From positions 43,028,001 to 43,092,000 of the forward strand of contig NC_043003.1 of the NCBI RefSeq assembly GCF_006345805.1: a stretch of 64,000 nucleotides of DNA, given 5' to 3'. This DNA is from Octopus sinensis (Eukaryota). Under the pieces are notes generated by a model that made no database searches, was not told the origin of the DNA, and was given only the letters and a program-made list of their open reading frames with translations. The position numbers and the translations under genes are program-made. This document shows positions 1 through 12,110 of the stretch, in pieces (the first letter of the stretch is position 1; each line of letters starts with the position of its first letter).

Positions 1-282
1 CACAACATATAGGTACTGGAACTCCATAATGTGGTTGTACTTTTTTCGTTTGGGAAAACGCAGTTGTCCCTGTACTAAATTACTGATATCTTTGTTTGTC
101 GTATGTTCGTACTCTGCTAAATGAACGAAAGTCATGTTATCATTCATTATGAAAAGTGCGATTCTCTAAAAGTCAGTATAGGTTGTGTTCTCTAAAGAGA
201 AGACGTATATTTTTGGGTGGAGAATATATTATTCGCTATAAGAGAAGTACTGTTATGTATAAATGAAATTAATGCATAGCAC

Positions 283-363
283 TTAAAAATGATCTCACAA
301 AGTCCTTGATAAATGTTTCATTAACAAAGTACTTGATAAATGTTTCATTAGCCTGAAGTTAAT
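283..363. repeat. ~80 bp segment with an internal 2x27-bp tandem, duplicated at 1759-1839
   Basis: TTAAAAATGATCTCACAAAGTCCTTGATAAATGTTTCATTAACAAAGTACTTGATAAATGTTTCATT..CCTGAA.TTAAT occurs at both positions with 3 mismatches. Confidence 0.9.
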
Positions 364-1341
364 CCTGTTCTTTGTAAAATTACTGTGCTAAATACGACCA
401 CTATCGCCGTATCAATTACCACTACTCCCATCACCTCAATTTCCACAACTAACATATGTGACAACAACAACTACAATAGTGACAGCAAATACATCTTCGA
501 CGTCGATTACAATATGTGGTTCTGCAACTTGTTCACACTTAACTTTAACTTCCTGATCATTTTTGATTGTTTTGAATAAATATTCATGCGACTCGTATCT
601 ATTCGTATTTAGTCTCGTAGTCATATTACCCACCACCAGGGCCTTCTCAGCAGCTTTGGGTGAGGACAAAGCTAGGTAATTTAACTGATATTGCAGAATT
701 AATCAGAACTTGCTTTCGAATTTGCAATCTGCCAATGATATCTGTGGGAAGTTATTTATGAAACTATTCATTACTATTCTTTTTCTTTCATCTACTATTA
801 TCTGTTTTTTTTCTCTCTTTGACTTGCAGTTTCCAGTAATAACTATTGTCTTCTATATTATAGCAACACTACGTAGCGACAGTCCATTTCAATATCACGT
901 GGAGTATTCTACCAACTTATGCAGAAAGAGTGTTTTATAGCAGCAATGAATTGAACTTCTAGCCCGATATTTGCAAAGCAGCGCGGAACAATATTGGTGA
1001 CCATAACAAATAAAGACTGAAAGAAAGAAATAACGTGTCAAAATTAAAGCAACTCAAAATGATACATTGAGTGGGAGATATACCGATATCTTGGCCTACA
1101 AGAGTGACCAAATAGCCCCCAAATAAAATGTAAATATTTTAACAGAATATAATGTGAAAAATGTATTCGGAATACACGAATACCAAGGGAGAAAATCAAA
1201 TGACTTTCACGTTTGACAAGTCTCCTGAGCGCCGGGTGAATACAGAAAGAAATGCCTCACAAACATACAAACATGCCCACCCACCAACACACTCACACCT
1301 ATTCCCATTTATTGATATAATCATACATGCATATATGCGTG

Positions 1342-1387
<46 letters not shown>

Positions 1388-1839
1388 AGAAAGAGAGAGA
1401 GAGAGGTAGATAGATACGCAATTAGGCAGATAGACAGAGAGACAGATAAATAGAAATTGACCAATACCAAGGGAGAAAGTGACATGATTTTCACGGTTGG
1501 AATACCAGTGGTCGTTGATCGTTCAGGACTGCTCTTTCAAGACTGTCGTGGTGTTAAACGACTGAAACAAGTATAGTAACTGTCTGTTTGAATATTAGTA
1601 GCCGCAATAAAAGTTTATATTGACATATGTGTACAACGTGAATATTGCTGCTCTAGGCAAATAAGGATAGTAGCAAGTAAGCAAGCAACGGTACTGTGTG
1701 GAATGGCATTTGAATGGAATACAATCATCGTATAAATGACACTATATATATAAGATTGTTAAAAATGATCTCACAAAGTCCTTGATAAATGTTTCATTAA
1801 CAAAGTACTTGATAAATGTTTCATTGACCTGAAATTAAT

Positions 1840-2068
1840 GGCGGTGAGCTGGCAGAATCGTTAGCACGCCGGGCGAAATGCGTAGCCATATTTCGTCTGC
1901 CGTTACGTTCTGAGTTCAAATTCCGCCGAGGTCGACTTTGCCTTTCATCCTTTTGGGTTCGATAAATAAAATACCAGTTTCGCACTGGCGTCGATGTAAT
2001 CGACATAATCCCTTTGTCTGTCCTTGTTTGTCCCTTCTATGTTTAGCCCCTTGTGGGCAGTAACGAAA
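1840..2068 (+). mobile_element. tRNA-derived SINE, here called family C (GGCGGTGAGCTGGCAGAATCGTTAGC head)
   Basis: A-box-like TGGCAGAATCG and B-box-like GAGTTCAAATTCC; the body and tail (CCCCTTGTGGGCAGTAA) recur at 38856 and 50444. Confidence 0.9.
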
Positions 2069-2745
2069 TATATATATAAGATTGTTACACATAAAGAATA
2101 GACAAGAATTTATGTTGCATCACTATTTAAAAAAAACACGTTAAAGAAAATTTTATCATTCATTTGAATATGCTTTCAAAGGTTTTCCACTCAACTGTAT
2201 GGTATATCGAAATTATACTGTAATGCGAGATTATTCCTTTCAATTCCTGGTTGACGATTATCAGTTTCACTTCACCTGTTCTTTAGATACAAGAATGGAT
2301 TTCAAGATATGCCATGTATTCATATCTGTAACAAAAAAGTCCTGTGTACTTCGTATAATGGAACCTATGTTATAGGTAATAGTGACCTAAGGAAGAAAGA
2401 AGAACAGCAGTTTGTGAATGGAACTTCAGTCAAAGATAAGGGTGTGTTTGTATTTTGTTAGGAGTTATATGTATTTAGGCTGAAGAAACTTTCAGAATGC
2501 AAGGAGGTGAATAGGTATATTAATAATGTTTTGGGTTGTGATATTAGAGTGCCTACTTTATTGAGAGACTGTATATTCTGAAGTACTTTAAACCATAGGA
2601 AGTTATGAATAGAAAATTTGTAGTGATTAATTTAGTGAGGATTGTCGGGTGATTCATAAAACTGGCTTGTGCTATCAGCACTTAGTTACATATACGGTAT
2701 ATTATCAGCCAGATAAACATGTTACATTTTATATAAAAATATTAA

Positions 2746-2776
<31 letters not shown>

Positions 2777-3019
2777 TACACATACGGGCAATTAATCTGT
2801 CTAGAGAGGGGGAAAAGGGAATAGCTAGGAAATGGTTACAATTAATTTTATTTCATATGAAATTTAATTTTAAATAATATGCAATTATATATTTAAGACC
2901 TTCAATATTTAGCATTGTAGAAAGAGAAAGAAGCCCTTTTAAGCATCATATTCTTTAATATCAGCAAATACAATGCAGAAGCTCATATGCAATTAAACAT
3001 TATTTCCGCAAATAGGTTC

Positions 3020-3930
3020 TGTCGCCTATACTTCGCCAATAGATTTAGCCTATAGTTTTTGTCTTATCGTAATTTCAGCCTATAGTTTTCCAATAGTTTT
3101 TTCACCTAAATTTTATCTTTAGCTTTAGACTATAATTTTGCCTATAGTACATTCAGCCTAGCCTGTAGTTTGCCTTTTGTCTAGAAATTTCAGCTTTTGT
3201 CGCCTATACTTTTTACAAAGTTTTTTCGCATAGCTCTTTGCCTATAGCTTCGGCCTATAGTTTGCCTATTGTTTTAGCCTATATTTTTGCCTATAGTTTA
3301 TCAAGCCTATAGTTTGCCTATACGGTTTCACGTATAGCTTCAGCCTATAATTCTTGCCTATGGTTGACTTTAGTTATTCATATATTATCAATATGATTTT
3401 AGCCTATAGTTTTGCCTATATTTTATCTTCTTGCTTATATATTTTTGCCTATAGTTTTGCCTATAGCTTCTAGCGTATAATTTTTGCGATTTTCAGCCAA
3501 TTTTTTATCAACTATATTGTATTATGATATAATATATATTTTTATCAACTATTTTAGCGTATCTTTTTTATGAATTTTCGCCTATATTTTTATCGCCTGA
3601 TATTTTCTTTCCTTATATTTTTAGCTCTATATTTATTGTCAACCATGCCTGCTACTTGGTTGCCTATTTTTTCATAAAGTATTTTTTGTGTATATTGTTT
3701 TATGAAATGGCAAAAAATATAGACAAAACTGTAGGCAAAATGTAGTTGAGAAGTAGGCAAACAACAGTTGAGAAAAGATGTAGGCAAAATATAGTTGAGA
3801 AAAATATAGGCGAAAAACAGTTGATACAAGATATAGGCAAAAAATAGTTAATGAAACAATGTAGGCCAAAAATGTTTTAAAAATATAGGAATATATAGGC
3901 AGTGAAAACTCTAGGCAAAAATTGTTGATA
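3020..3930. repeat. Foldback-arranged degenerate minisatellite (TTTTGCCTATAG-like units forward 3020-3672, reverse 3710-3930)
   Basis: Many copies of GCCTATAG/TTTTGCCTATA on the left and TATAGGCAAAA/TGTAGGCAAAA on the right. Confidence 0.8.
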
Positions 3931-3939
3931 CAAAATAAA

Positions 3940-4103
3940 GGCCGACGCATCATCATTTCGCCCGAAAACTTCAGAGCCTCTCTAACTTGGTATACTCAGT
4001 CAGCCTCTCTTGCAGATGTTTCACATAGCTGGCGGTTTCTCTGGGCAGCTCCTCCTCCGGTGGTCTTCCCATCAACAGATCAACCGGGAGCCTTACTTCA
4101 TGG
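3940..4103 (-). mobile_element. Ty3/Gypsy pol (integrase C-terminal region) fragment, frameshifted
   Basis: Translates HEVRLPVDLLMGRPPEEELPRETASYVKHLQERL, then after a frameshift QVREALKFSGEMMMRR. This matches the G.E.RLPVDL...P...YV..L..RL pattern that follows the rve core in Gypsy pol. Confidence 0.75.
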
Positions 4104-4256
4104 CCTATAGGCAGAAGGACTAAAAAACACTTAACCTCATCAATGTAGGCACAAGGACTAAAAAACATTTATTCCCACAACTATAGGCACAAGTACTAAG
4201 AAATCACTATTCGTCACAACTATAGAAACAAGGAGTAAAAATCACTTATCCTCAAA
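4104..4256. repeat. ~38-bp minisatellite, 4 degenerate units with a CTATAGGCACAAGGACTAAAAA core
   Basis: The units are directly visible and share CTATAGGC with the adjacent foldback array. Confidence 0.8.
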
Positions 4257-4835
4257 ATGCGAGATGTTTTCCTCCACAATCTTTTCCCTTATAAACGTGT
4301 TTTACTATTTGTTATCAAGACAATACAGTAGCAACACTTATACCATTAAAATACAGAAATGGCATAGCAATACCCAGTGTACGGACATGCTAGGCTATCA
4401 TTTGGGATATCTCAGAAACAGCTGTAAGACTTCAAATTCTCCTCACCCTAATTAAATATTCTAAATGACTTGAGATACCTGTCCTACCTTGGTTTTTGTT
4501 GTCCTTTGTCTTCTAATATAATATATACATGCTAACTCAGAAGCCTGGTACGGATCTCTAGCTGCAGCCTCATCTGTGAACTTGGAACCTAACTGGTGAC
4601 CAATTAGAGCACTGACTGAAGGGCAATCGATAGGAATTAACTTCTGAACGAGTTAGAACGAAACGCATTATAAATATAGAAGGAGAATATCTAATAAAAG
4701 AAGTAACATAGTCTAATGCAAATGGACATGTAGGGATCCATACCAAATTCATTATACGAATAAGTACAAATATTTATTATCATTATCATTATTATTGTTA
4801 TCATAATAGTTATTTTAGATTCCCTTTATACTCTT

Positions 4836-5150
4836 GGAGCATGGCTCAGTGTTTAGCATGTCGGAGCCATTGTTCCCGTTTAGGGTTGTGTTCTTGAACT
4901 AGAAATTTTTTTGCACGTTGCTCCCATTCACATACCTGTAGAAATGAGTCACGACGTCACTGGTGCCAAACTGCATTAGCCTTTGTTTTCCCTTGAGTAA
5001 CATCGGTGGCGTAGTGTGGGGAGACTGATAAGCATAGGCCACTGTTTGTTTTCCATAAACAATCTTGCTCGGATATGTATCACGAAGGGGAACTTTCTAG
5101 GTGCAATTCCATGGTCATTTATAACCGAAGGGGCTCTTTACCCTTTACTC
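4836..5150 (+). mobile_element. Diverged tRNA SINE, body B + tail Z
   Basis: GCATGGCTCAGTGTTTAG head, TTGTGTTCTTGA..GTTGCTCC..GTAGAAATGAG body and CCATAAACAATCTTG tail; homologous to the reverse complement of 27621-27956. Confidence 0.8.
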
Positions 5151-5506
5151 CATACTCTTATCACTTTGTATAGTATTATCTAATAATAATTATTCTTGTT
5201 CTCCCCTTAGTTATGTAGTTAGTCTGTCTGAAAAGCTTTCACGTTATTAGTTGAAGGGAAAGGTGAAGTGCGGGGGGAAAAGAGGGAGAAAGAAAAAAGA
5301 GAGAGAAAGAGAGGGTAAAGTGAAGATTGAGACAGAAAGAGGAAGAAGAAAAGGGACAGAGAAAAAGAAGAGAGAGCACCCATGACGTGAGATGGGGGAA
5401 CGTAATATTTATTACGTGGTTAAAAAGTTTGTTGAAGATATTGATATAGAAAAGAAGAGATAGAAATATAATTTTAGCAAAGGTGTGGTGTTCTGATGGT
5501 GCGGTT

Positions 5507-5539
<33 letters not shown>

Positions 5540-6220
5540 CGATGATGATGATGATGATGATGATAATGGTGGTGGTAGTGATGGTGAAGGTGTTAGTGGA
5601 GAAGGTGGTGGTGGAAATTTATGTTCCTTCAATAACAGCCTTATGTAGAAGAACTGAAAGATGTTTTTAAACGAAAATTATGTTCAATATATAGGTCGAG
5701 TTTGATTTTTGATATCGTGTATGTTTCATGATTTTTATGTTTTTATTTATTATCTAAGGTTCATCGGTTAATTTAATTGAATTATTTTTTGACGGGAAGT
5801 CTGACTTCTCTCTTTCAGTTTCTTATAAAAACAACCAGAACGCAGCAGCAGCAACATAAATATCTAGCGTAAGGAAGGTAAATGGAAAGGAGATAAGAAA
5901 GAGCAAATTACTCGTTTAAAATGTCATCTGAAAACACGCAATCTGCTCCTGTGATGCAAGAGGATTGCATAATATCTCAATTGTTAGGTATAAATGCAGG
6001 ATAACTTGAAACAGTTGTAGTGGATTTGAATAAAGAATCTCCTGAATTCCATTTCCTGCTTACATAAAGTCTGCGGACCCCAAGGAATTCCTGAATTATA
6101 TCCAGTAGCATATAGATCCTTACTGATGGTGACATCAAGAAGTCAATAAGTGTGGACAAGCTTTACATAGCATCCTGCAAAGTTTCTGCCTGATTATAAT
6201 TTTAATTTTATATATAAAGA

Positions 6221-6370
6221 TAAGCAGTTTGCTTCCTAATCACATGGTTCCGAGTTCGGTCCTTCTGCGTCCCACTTTGGGCAAGTGTCTTCTACTTTTG
6301 CCCCGGGCCGACCAAAGACTTGTGAGTGGATTTGGTAGACGGAAAAGGATAGAAGCCAGTCGTATATATA

Positions 6371-6406
<36 letters not shown>

Positions 6407-6862
6407 TGTATGTATGTATGTATGTATGTATGTATGTATGTATGTATGTGTGTGTATGTTATGTATGTATGTATGTATGTATGTATGTGTATGTATGTAT
6501 GTATATGTATGTATGTTGTATGTATGTATGTATGTAGTATGTATGTATGTATGTATGTATGTGTGTGTATGTATGTGTATGTATGTATGTATGTATGTAT
6601 GTATGTATGTATGTATGTGTGTGTATGTATGTATGTATGTATGTATGTATGTATGTATGTATGTATGTATGAGTTTGTGTGTGCTTGTCACTTCTCCGCC
6701 GCTTCACAACTGGTGTTGTTGTGTTTATGTCACGGTAAGTTTGTAGTTCGGCAAATGAGATCGATAAAATAGGTACCAGGCTTTAAAAAAGAAGTACTGG
6801 GGTCGATACATTCGACTATAAATTCCTGAAGGCAGTGCCTCAGCATGACTGCAGTGTGATGA
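6221..6862 (+). mobile_element. 5'-truncated SINE family D with an internal ~310-bp (TATG)n expansion
   Basis: CACATGGTTCCGAGTTC..TTGGGCAAGTGTCTTCTAC..GGCCGACCAAAG..GGATTTGGTAGACGG, then the microsatellite, then a 3' half ending CCTCAGCATGACTGCAG; homologous to 7586-8052. Confidence 0.85.
6361..6670. repeat. (TATG)n/(TG) microsatellite
   Basis: Direct inspection. Confidence 0.97.
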
Positions 6863-6865
6863 CTT

Positions 6866-6897
<32 letters not shown>

Positions 6898-7585
6898 GAG
6901 TGTGTTTGTGTGTTCAAGTGCATGTGTGAGCTCATATAAGTATGTATATGTTTATATGTATATACATGTGGCTGTATACCAAAATGTATATCTGTGCGTG
7001 TGTATTTGTGTATGCATGCGCGCGTGAATGTGTGTTTGTGTGTGTGAATGTATTCCCAAAACAAGTTTTAGAATATGTTAAAAACGTCTCTGTATATTGT
7101 CATTTTATTTCTGTAATTATGTATGTAACCTAAACTGTCTTATCACTATTCATAATTTAACCGCTGTTTAGTATTAACAGTGGCATTATGTTATAAGGAA
7201 GTGAGTTGAAAAAAAGAAACATATATCTTGTTATTTGAGATCAGTTTACATATACAATAGATTATATTCAACATATTCTCAACTTCCGAAAAGTAAGAAA
7301 CAAGAATACGGAGCTTTATCGAAATATATATACCATAAGTAAAGGATAATCCGCCAGTTTCATGCAAAATTACTGTTATAATATGAAAAAAAGAAACAAG
7401 AACACGGCTATATTAACCTCTTAAAGGAAAGATTGCACGCAAGAAAATATTGGTTCTATACCTAATATCTTTGGGAAAATTTTTTCCCTAAACCAATAGG
7501 TATATCTATTATGCATATAATATGTATTCAGTTAATAGGAGAAAAGAAAATGGAGAGTTGAAATTTAGTAATTATTTATTAATAT

Positions 7586-8052
7586 GCGTAGGAGTGGCTG
7601 TGTGGTAAGTAGCTTGCTTACGAACCACATGGTTCCGGGTTCAGTCCCACTGCATGGCACCTTGGGCAAGTGTCTTCTGCTATAGCCTCCGGCCGACCAA
7701 AGTCTTGTCAGTGGATTTGGTAGAGGGAAACCGAAAGAAGCCCGTCGTATATATGTATATATATATAATATATTATATATATATATATATTATATATATA
7801 TATGTGTGTGTGTGTGTGTGCATGTGTATATGTTTGGGTGTCTGTGTTTGTCACCCCAACATCGTTTGACAACCGATGCTGGTGTGTTTACGTCCCCGAA
7901 ACTTAGCAGTTCGTCAAAAGAGAGTCCGATAGAATAAGTACTAGGCTTACAAACATTAACCTCTGGGGGCGATTTGCTCGACTAAAGGTGGTGCTCCAGC
8001 ATGGCCGCAGTCAAATAACTGAAACAAGGAAAAGAGTAAAGAGTAAAAGAGT
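7586..8052 (+). mobile_element. Full-length SINE family D (GGAGTGGCTGTGTGGTAAG head, internal TA/TG repeat, (AAAAGAGT)n tail)
   Basis: tRNA-like head with B-box GGTTCAGTCCC; CORE-like TTGGGCAAGTGTCTT segment; tail GGTGCTCCAGCATGGCCGCAG..CTGAAAC; an inverse copy lies at 39851-40282. Confidence 0.92.
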
Positions 8053-8369
8053 AATAGAATGATACTTCATACTTCCTACAGTTGTTTCAATTGCACTTAT
8101 TAAATAAATTACAATTTAATGCTTTAAATTTGCATTTATAAGGTATGAACACAATATCATCAGGGAAAAAGATATACAATAAAAGATTACATGTTGAGCT
8201 TTTAGTTTATTCTGGCAAATTAAGTATATGGAGTTACTATATCTTTTACTTTTGTATGTGCGTGGGGGATAACAGATTTATCTGAATATAAGGAATAAAG
8301 GAAAATAAATAAGGTAGAATAAAATGAAATATGAAAAAGTAAATACGATAAAAATAAAAAAATATGTAA

Positions 8370-8414
<45 letters not shown>

Positions 8415-8420
8415 ATATAT

Positions 8421-8657
8421 GCAGTCAAAACTACTAAAATAAACAAATTGTACCGAATGCAAAACTTCAAAGCGAGTAATTTAAAAACAGAATTAGTTAC
8501 ATATCACCTTGATTTCGCAATCAATGCAGAATATGCATTCTATGCTCTTCAGTGCAACGAACTCAACAGGTGATATGTAACTAAATTCTGTTTTTAAATT
8601 ACTCGCTTTGAAGTTTTGCATTCGGTACAATTTGTTTATTTTAGTAGTTTTGACTGC
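8421..8657. repeat. Near-perfect inverted repeat / MITE-like hairpin (~90-bp arms, 58-bp spacer)
   Basis: 8421-8509 is the reverse complement of 8568-8657 with one indel. Confidence 0.92.
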
Positions 8658-8818
8658 AAAAGTCCCTCCTAGCGTGTGGTACCTATGAATAATAGTACCC
8701 TCTATATAATATAAATAAGTATTTTCAAAGTTGAAAAAATTTACAGATTTTTTCTCTTACGAGGTTTTTCACGCTAACTACTGATAATTTCTTATAAAGA
8801 TTTTATACTTATTTTTAA

Positions 8819-8860
<42 letters not shown>

Positions 8861-9160
8861 TACATATGTACGTATATATTTAAATATATGTGTGTGTATA
8901 TGTGTGTCTGTATGTGTGTATGTGTGTGTGTGTGTGTGCATGCGTGTATATGTATGTGTGTAAATATATATGTATATATAACAGAATGCCACAAACTGTG
9001 GTATACATATAGGGAGAGCATCTCATGTATATGCACGGTGCTAAAACACTTAGAAGTGTTTCATTGGCAGTCAAAACTCCTGAAACATCAGCGGTAAATT
9101 GATAAATCCAACGTTCTACAAATTTGCACGTTCTCTTTAGGTAATACTTGCTCTTGATGT

Positions 9161-9372
9161 AAGGTGGTGATCTGGTAGAATCGTTAACACGTTGTGAAAA
9201 TGCTTTACTGTATTTCCTCCGACTTTACGTTCTGGGTTCAAATTGTGGCGAGATTGACTTCGCCTTTCTACCTTTCGAGGTTAATAAAATAAATACCAAT
9301 TGAGCACAGGAGTCGATGTAAACGAGTTTCCCTCTCCATGGTATTACCTGGCCTTGTACTAATATTTGAAAC
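9161..9372 (+). mobile_element. Diverged SINE family C copy
   Basis: AAGGTGGTGATCTGGTAGAATCGTTAACAC..GTTCTGGGTTCAAATT..GACTTCGCCTTTC. Confidence 0.8.
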
Positions 9373-10188
9373 GGATATACTTACTACTGATAATAAACAA
9401 AATCGCCGAAATCTATTATTATTCTCTTCATAACACTGTTTTATTTCTGTAGCAAAAACTTTGAATTGTAAACTATGATGTGCCATGCTGTAAAAAGACC
9501 TGATTTACAGTTTCAACCCCTAGTTGGATAGCATAGTGGAATAATGAATAATATATAAGAGGTCATAATTTTGTCGATTTTGTGATGTTGCTTAACACGT
9601 CTAGATTATATATTTAAGGTTTTTATTTAGAAGCTTTAGATATGTAATTATTTGCTTCAGAAAATGAATGTCGTCTAACTATGCAATTATTCTTAGAAGT
9701 GTTCTCTGATAAGTTCGTTCGCTCCTATCGTTGGATGATTCTAAAACCATTGTAAATATTCATATTGGTATCCAAGGAGAGAAAGAGAAAGAAAGAGAGA
9801 GAAAGAACAAGAGAAATAGATAGGAAGAGTTGGAGAAAGAGAAGGTGAGAGATAGCTAGAGAGTGAAAGAGAGAGATGAACACAAAATTCAACTCAATTG
9901 TGAATCCAAATTCAAATTTAGATAGGCTTATATTCGCTTCAATAACATCTAAGCAGATTCATTATAACTGATTCCATCTGTGTTACTTAAAAGTGTGCTG
10001 AATGCATTATGTAAAAATGAAAATATTGGAATATCATATGCGGGGCATCATTTTCAGAATTCTTAAAAACATAGAATAGTATATCTACGAATCAAGCAAA
10101 TAAGAGCCATTAAAATAGGTAAGTGGCCTCGACGTAAATATTAATCCCGCAAATTTCAGTTTGTAGTCATCGGAGTTTATATGTGAGA

Positions 10189-11159
10189 CTAGCAGTATAA
10201 AAATGTTGTTAAATTTTTAGATTAACACTCGCACGATTTTCACTAAGAAAAAAAAATGTTTTTTTTTTGCGTGGAATCAACTACTCTGGCATTCTAATAT
10301 GCTACAAAACCCATTTTGTGGTCCGTGAAACGGAGTGTGGTGTGGTGGAAGCCTCGGAAATTGTACCCATTTATATTGTCTAATTCACTGACGAACTTAC
10401 CTACCTCTTTGTTGTTAAATAAATGCATTCTCAAAAAACACTTTTTTACTCGGCGTAAAATAAAAACAAAACTCTTTCGCACCCAAAGTAATGTGTGTGA
10501 GAGAGGGGGGAGAAAGATGAACGATTTAAAATATATAAATGATTTAAAATAAATATATTGTAATTGTTGTGTGATAAAGTATATATACTATGATTATAAA
10601 ATATAGTGTCTTTCAAAAACATCCTAAATTTTAACACTATATCTCGTGTTTAAGAAAAAACAAAATATTTTACATTTTATTTTTTATGAACGTCGTCACT
10701 TACTATCTCTCTCCCTCTCTCTATCTCTCACTTCGTCTTTCCCTTTTTTGTTTAGACGCTGTAAAACTCTCTGCCTGTTTTCCACTTTCCTTTACCTTGA
10801 TTTTTTTTTGTTAGACGTTCTCAAAATATCTCCCACTCTTGCTTACTCATACTTTTTCATTACTATTTTTGTAAGACGTTGCGAAACACTATACATCAAC
10901 ACACACATACATCAACACACAACTTCTCTCTCTCCTTCACACACACACTTTAGCTTGGCTATGGCTAGAAGGGACTTAACTCATGTTATCAACCTTCAAA
11001 ACAGGTAAAAACTATGGCTGAAAATAGATTTTCACCGCTATCCGCGAATGCCTCGGGAAAAAAATAAGTTGACAAAACCCCGATATGATGTTGACGAATG
11101 TCCTCCTAAAATTGGAGCGACATGCGTGCTAATTTGTGGACGGGCATAAATTACAATCA

Positions 11160-11194
<35 letters not shown>

Positions 11195-11215
11195 CATGCC
11201 TTTTATAGATACAGA
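10189..11215 (-). mobile_element. Non-autonomous Helitron-like element
   Basis: On the minus strand it begins A|TCTGTATCTATAAAAGG, followed by a (TG)n tract, and ends ATACTGCTAG|T. These are the canonical A|TC...CTAG|T termini. The 3' subterminal hairpin is not evident. Confidence 0.55.
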
Positions 11216-11392
11216 TTATAAGTAATGAACTGATTGTTCTATGTAAATCCGCCAGCTTGGTGACTGTTTGTGCGTGAGTTTGCGCGCGTATGTGTGCTTG
11301 CGCGTGTGAGTGTGTTCGTGTATGTATGTGTCGATATGCTTATCTCTCTCTCTCCAACTCTCTTAATTTGTACACACACACACACACACACC

Positions 11393-11451
<59 letters not shown>

Positions 11452-11892
11452 GAACGATTGACCAGTTGAAATAAAGTAATCACTGGAACTATTACATCGA
11501 CTGCAATATAAACATTTGAGTAAAGAAACTTACATATTGTTTGGACTGCAGAACCTTCATTTTATTACCTCTGGACTAGGAAGCAAAACAATTTCGGTAC
11601 CTTGCAAAGAATGCCGAACATCATCAATACTACTAGGGAGAGCCCGATTTCTTAGGGTCTACTATAAAAAAAAAACCCACACACGCCGGTCAATTTTTTG
11701 TATCCTTGCAGCCATCTCATCAAATTTCAAGCATCTGCAGCCACAGGAGAAAATGGAGTCAATGTTTTGCTTGATATCTTCTTTGCTTTCCGTTTTCGCA
11801 TCTCGTATATTTCTTCGCCATTCTTTCTATAGCTGTTCAGCTCACAAATCCTCATGTCTGTCTGTCTGTATGTATGGATGGATGTATGAATG

Positions 11893-11932
<40 letters not shown>

Positions 11933-11996
11933 GTACGTATGAATTTATACGAGAAGTATGCATTCATAAATATATAAGTGCACATGTATAGAAATA

Positions 11997-12000
11997 GATG

Positions 12001-12092
<92 letters not shown>

Positions 12093-12110
12093 CTATCTCT
12101 ATCTCATCTA
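11997..12110. repeat. (TCTA)n microsatellite
   Basis: Direct inspection. Confidence 0.97.

Noticed and set aside
283-352. CRISPR-like repeats (27-bp tandem here; 38-bp units at 4104-4256)
   Set aside because: The units are adjacent with no unique spacers, and the context is eukaryotic with no cas genes.
1179-1499. ~38-bp dispersed duplicate AATACCAAGGGAGAAA.. at 1179 and 1463
   Set aside because: Short and diverged; no further structure or mechanism could be supported.
4540-4650. Possible exon on either strand (KLIPIDCPSVSALIGHQLGSKFTDE.. minus; AWYGSLAAASSVNLEPNW plus), and AIIWDISETA at 4394-4423
   Set aside because: Equally plausible splice readings exist on both strands, so none can be supported.
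6064-6122. Possible minus-strand exon KDLYATGYNSGIPWGPQTL with GTAAGC donor
   Set aside because: Short, weak acceptor and no recognisable homology.
6229-6772. Long ORFs such as MYVCMYVC.. and HTYIHTYI..
   Set aside because: Translations of (TATG)n. The same applies to nearly all [16 protein letters not shown] and RERE ORFs in the track.
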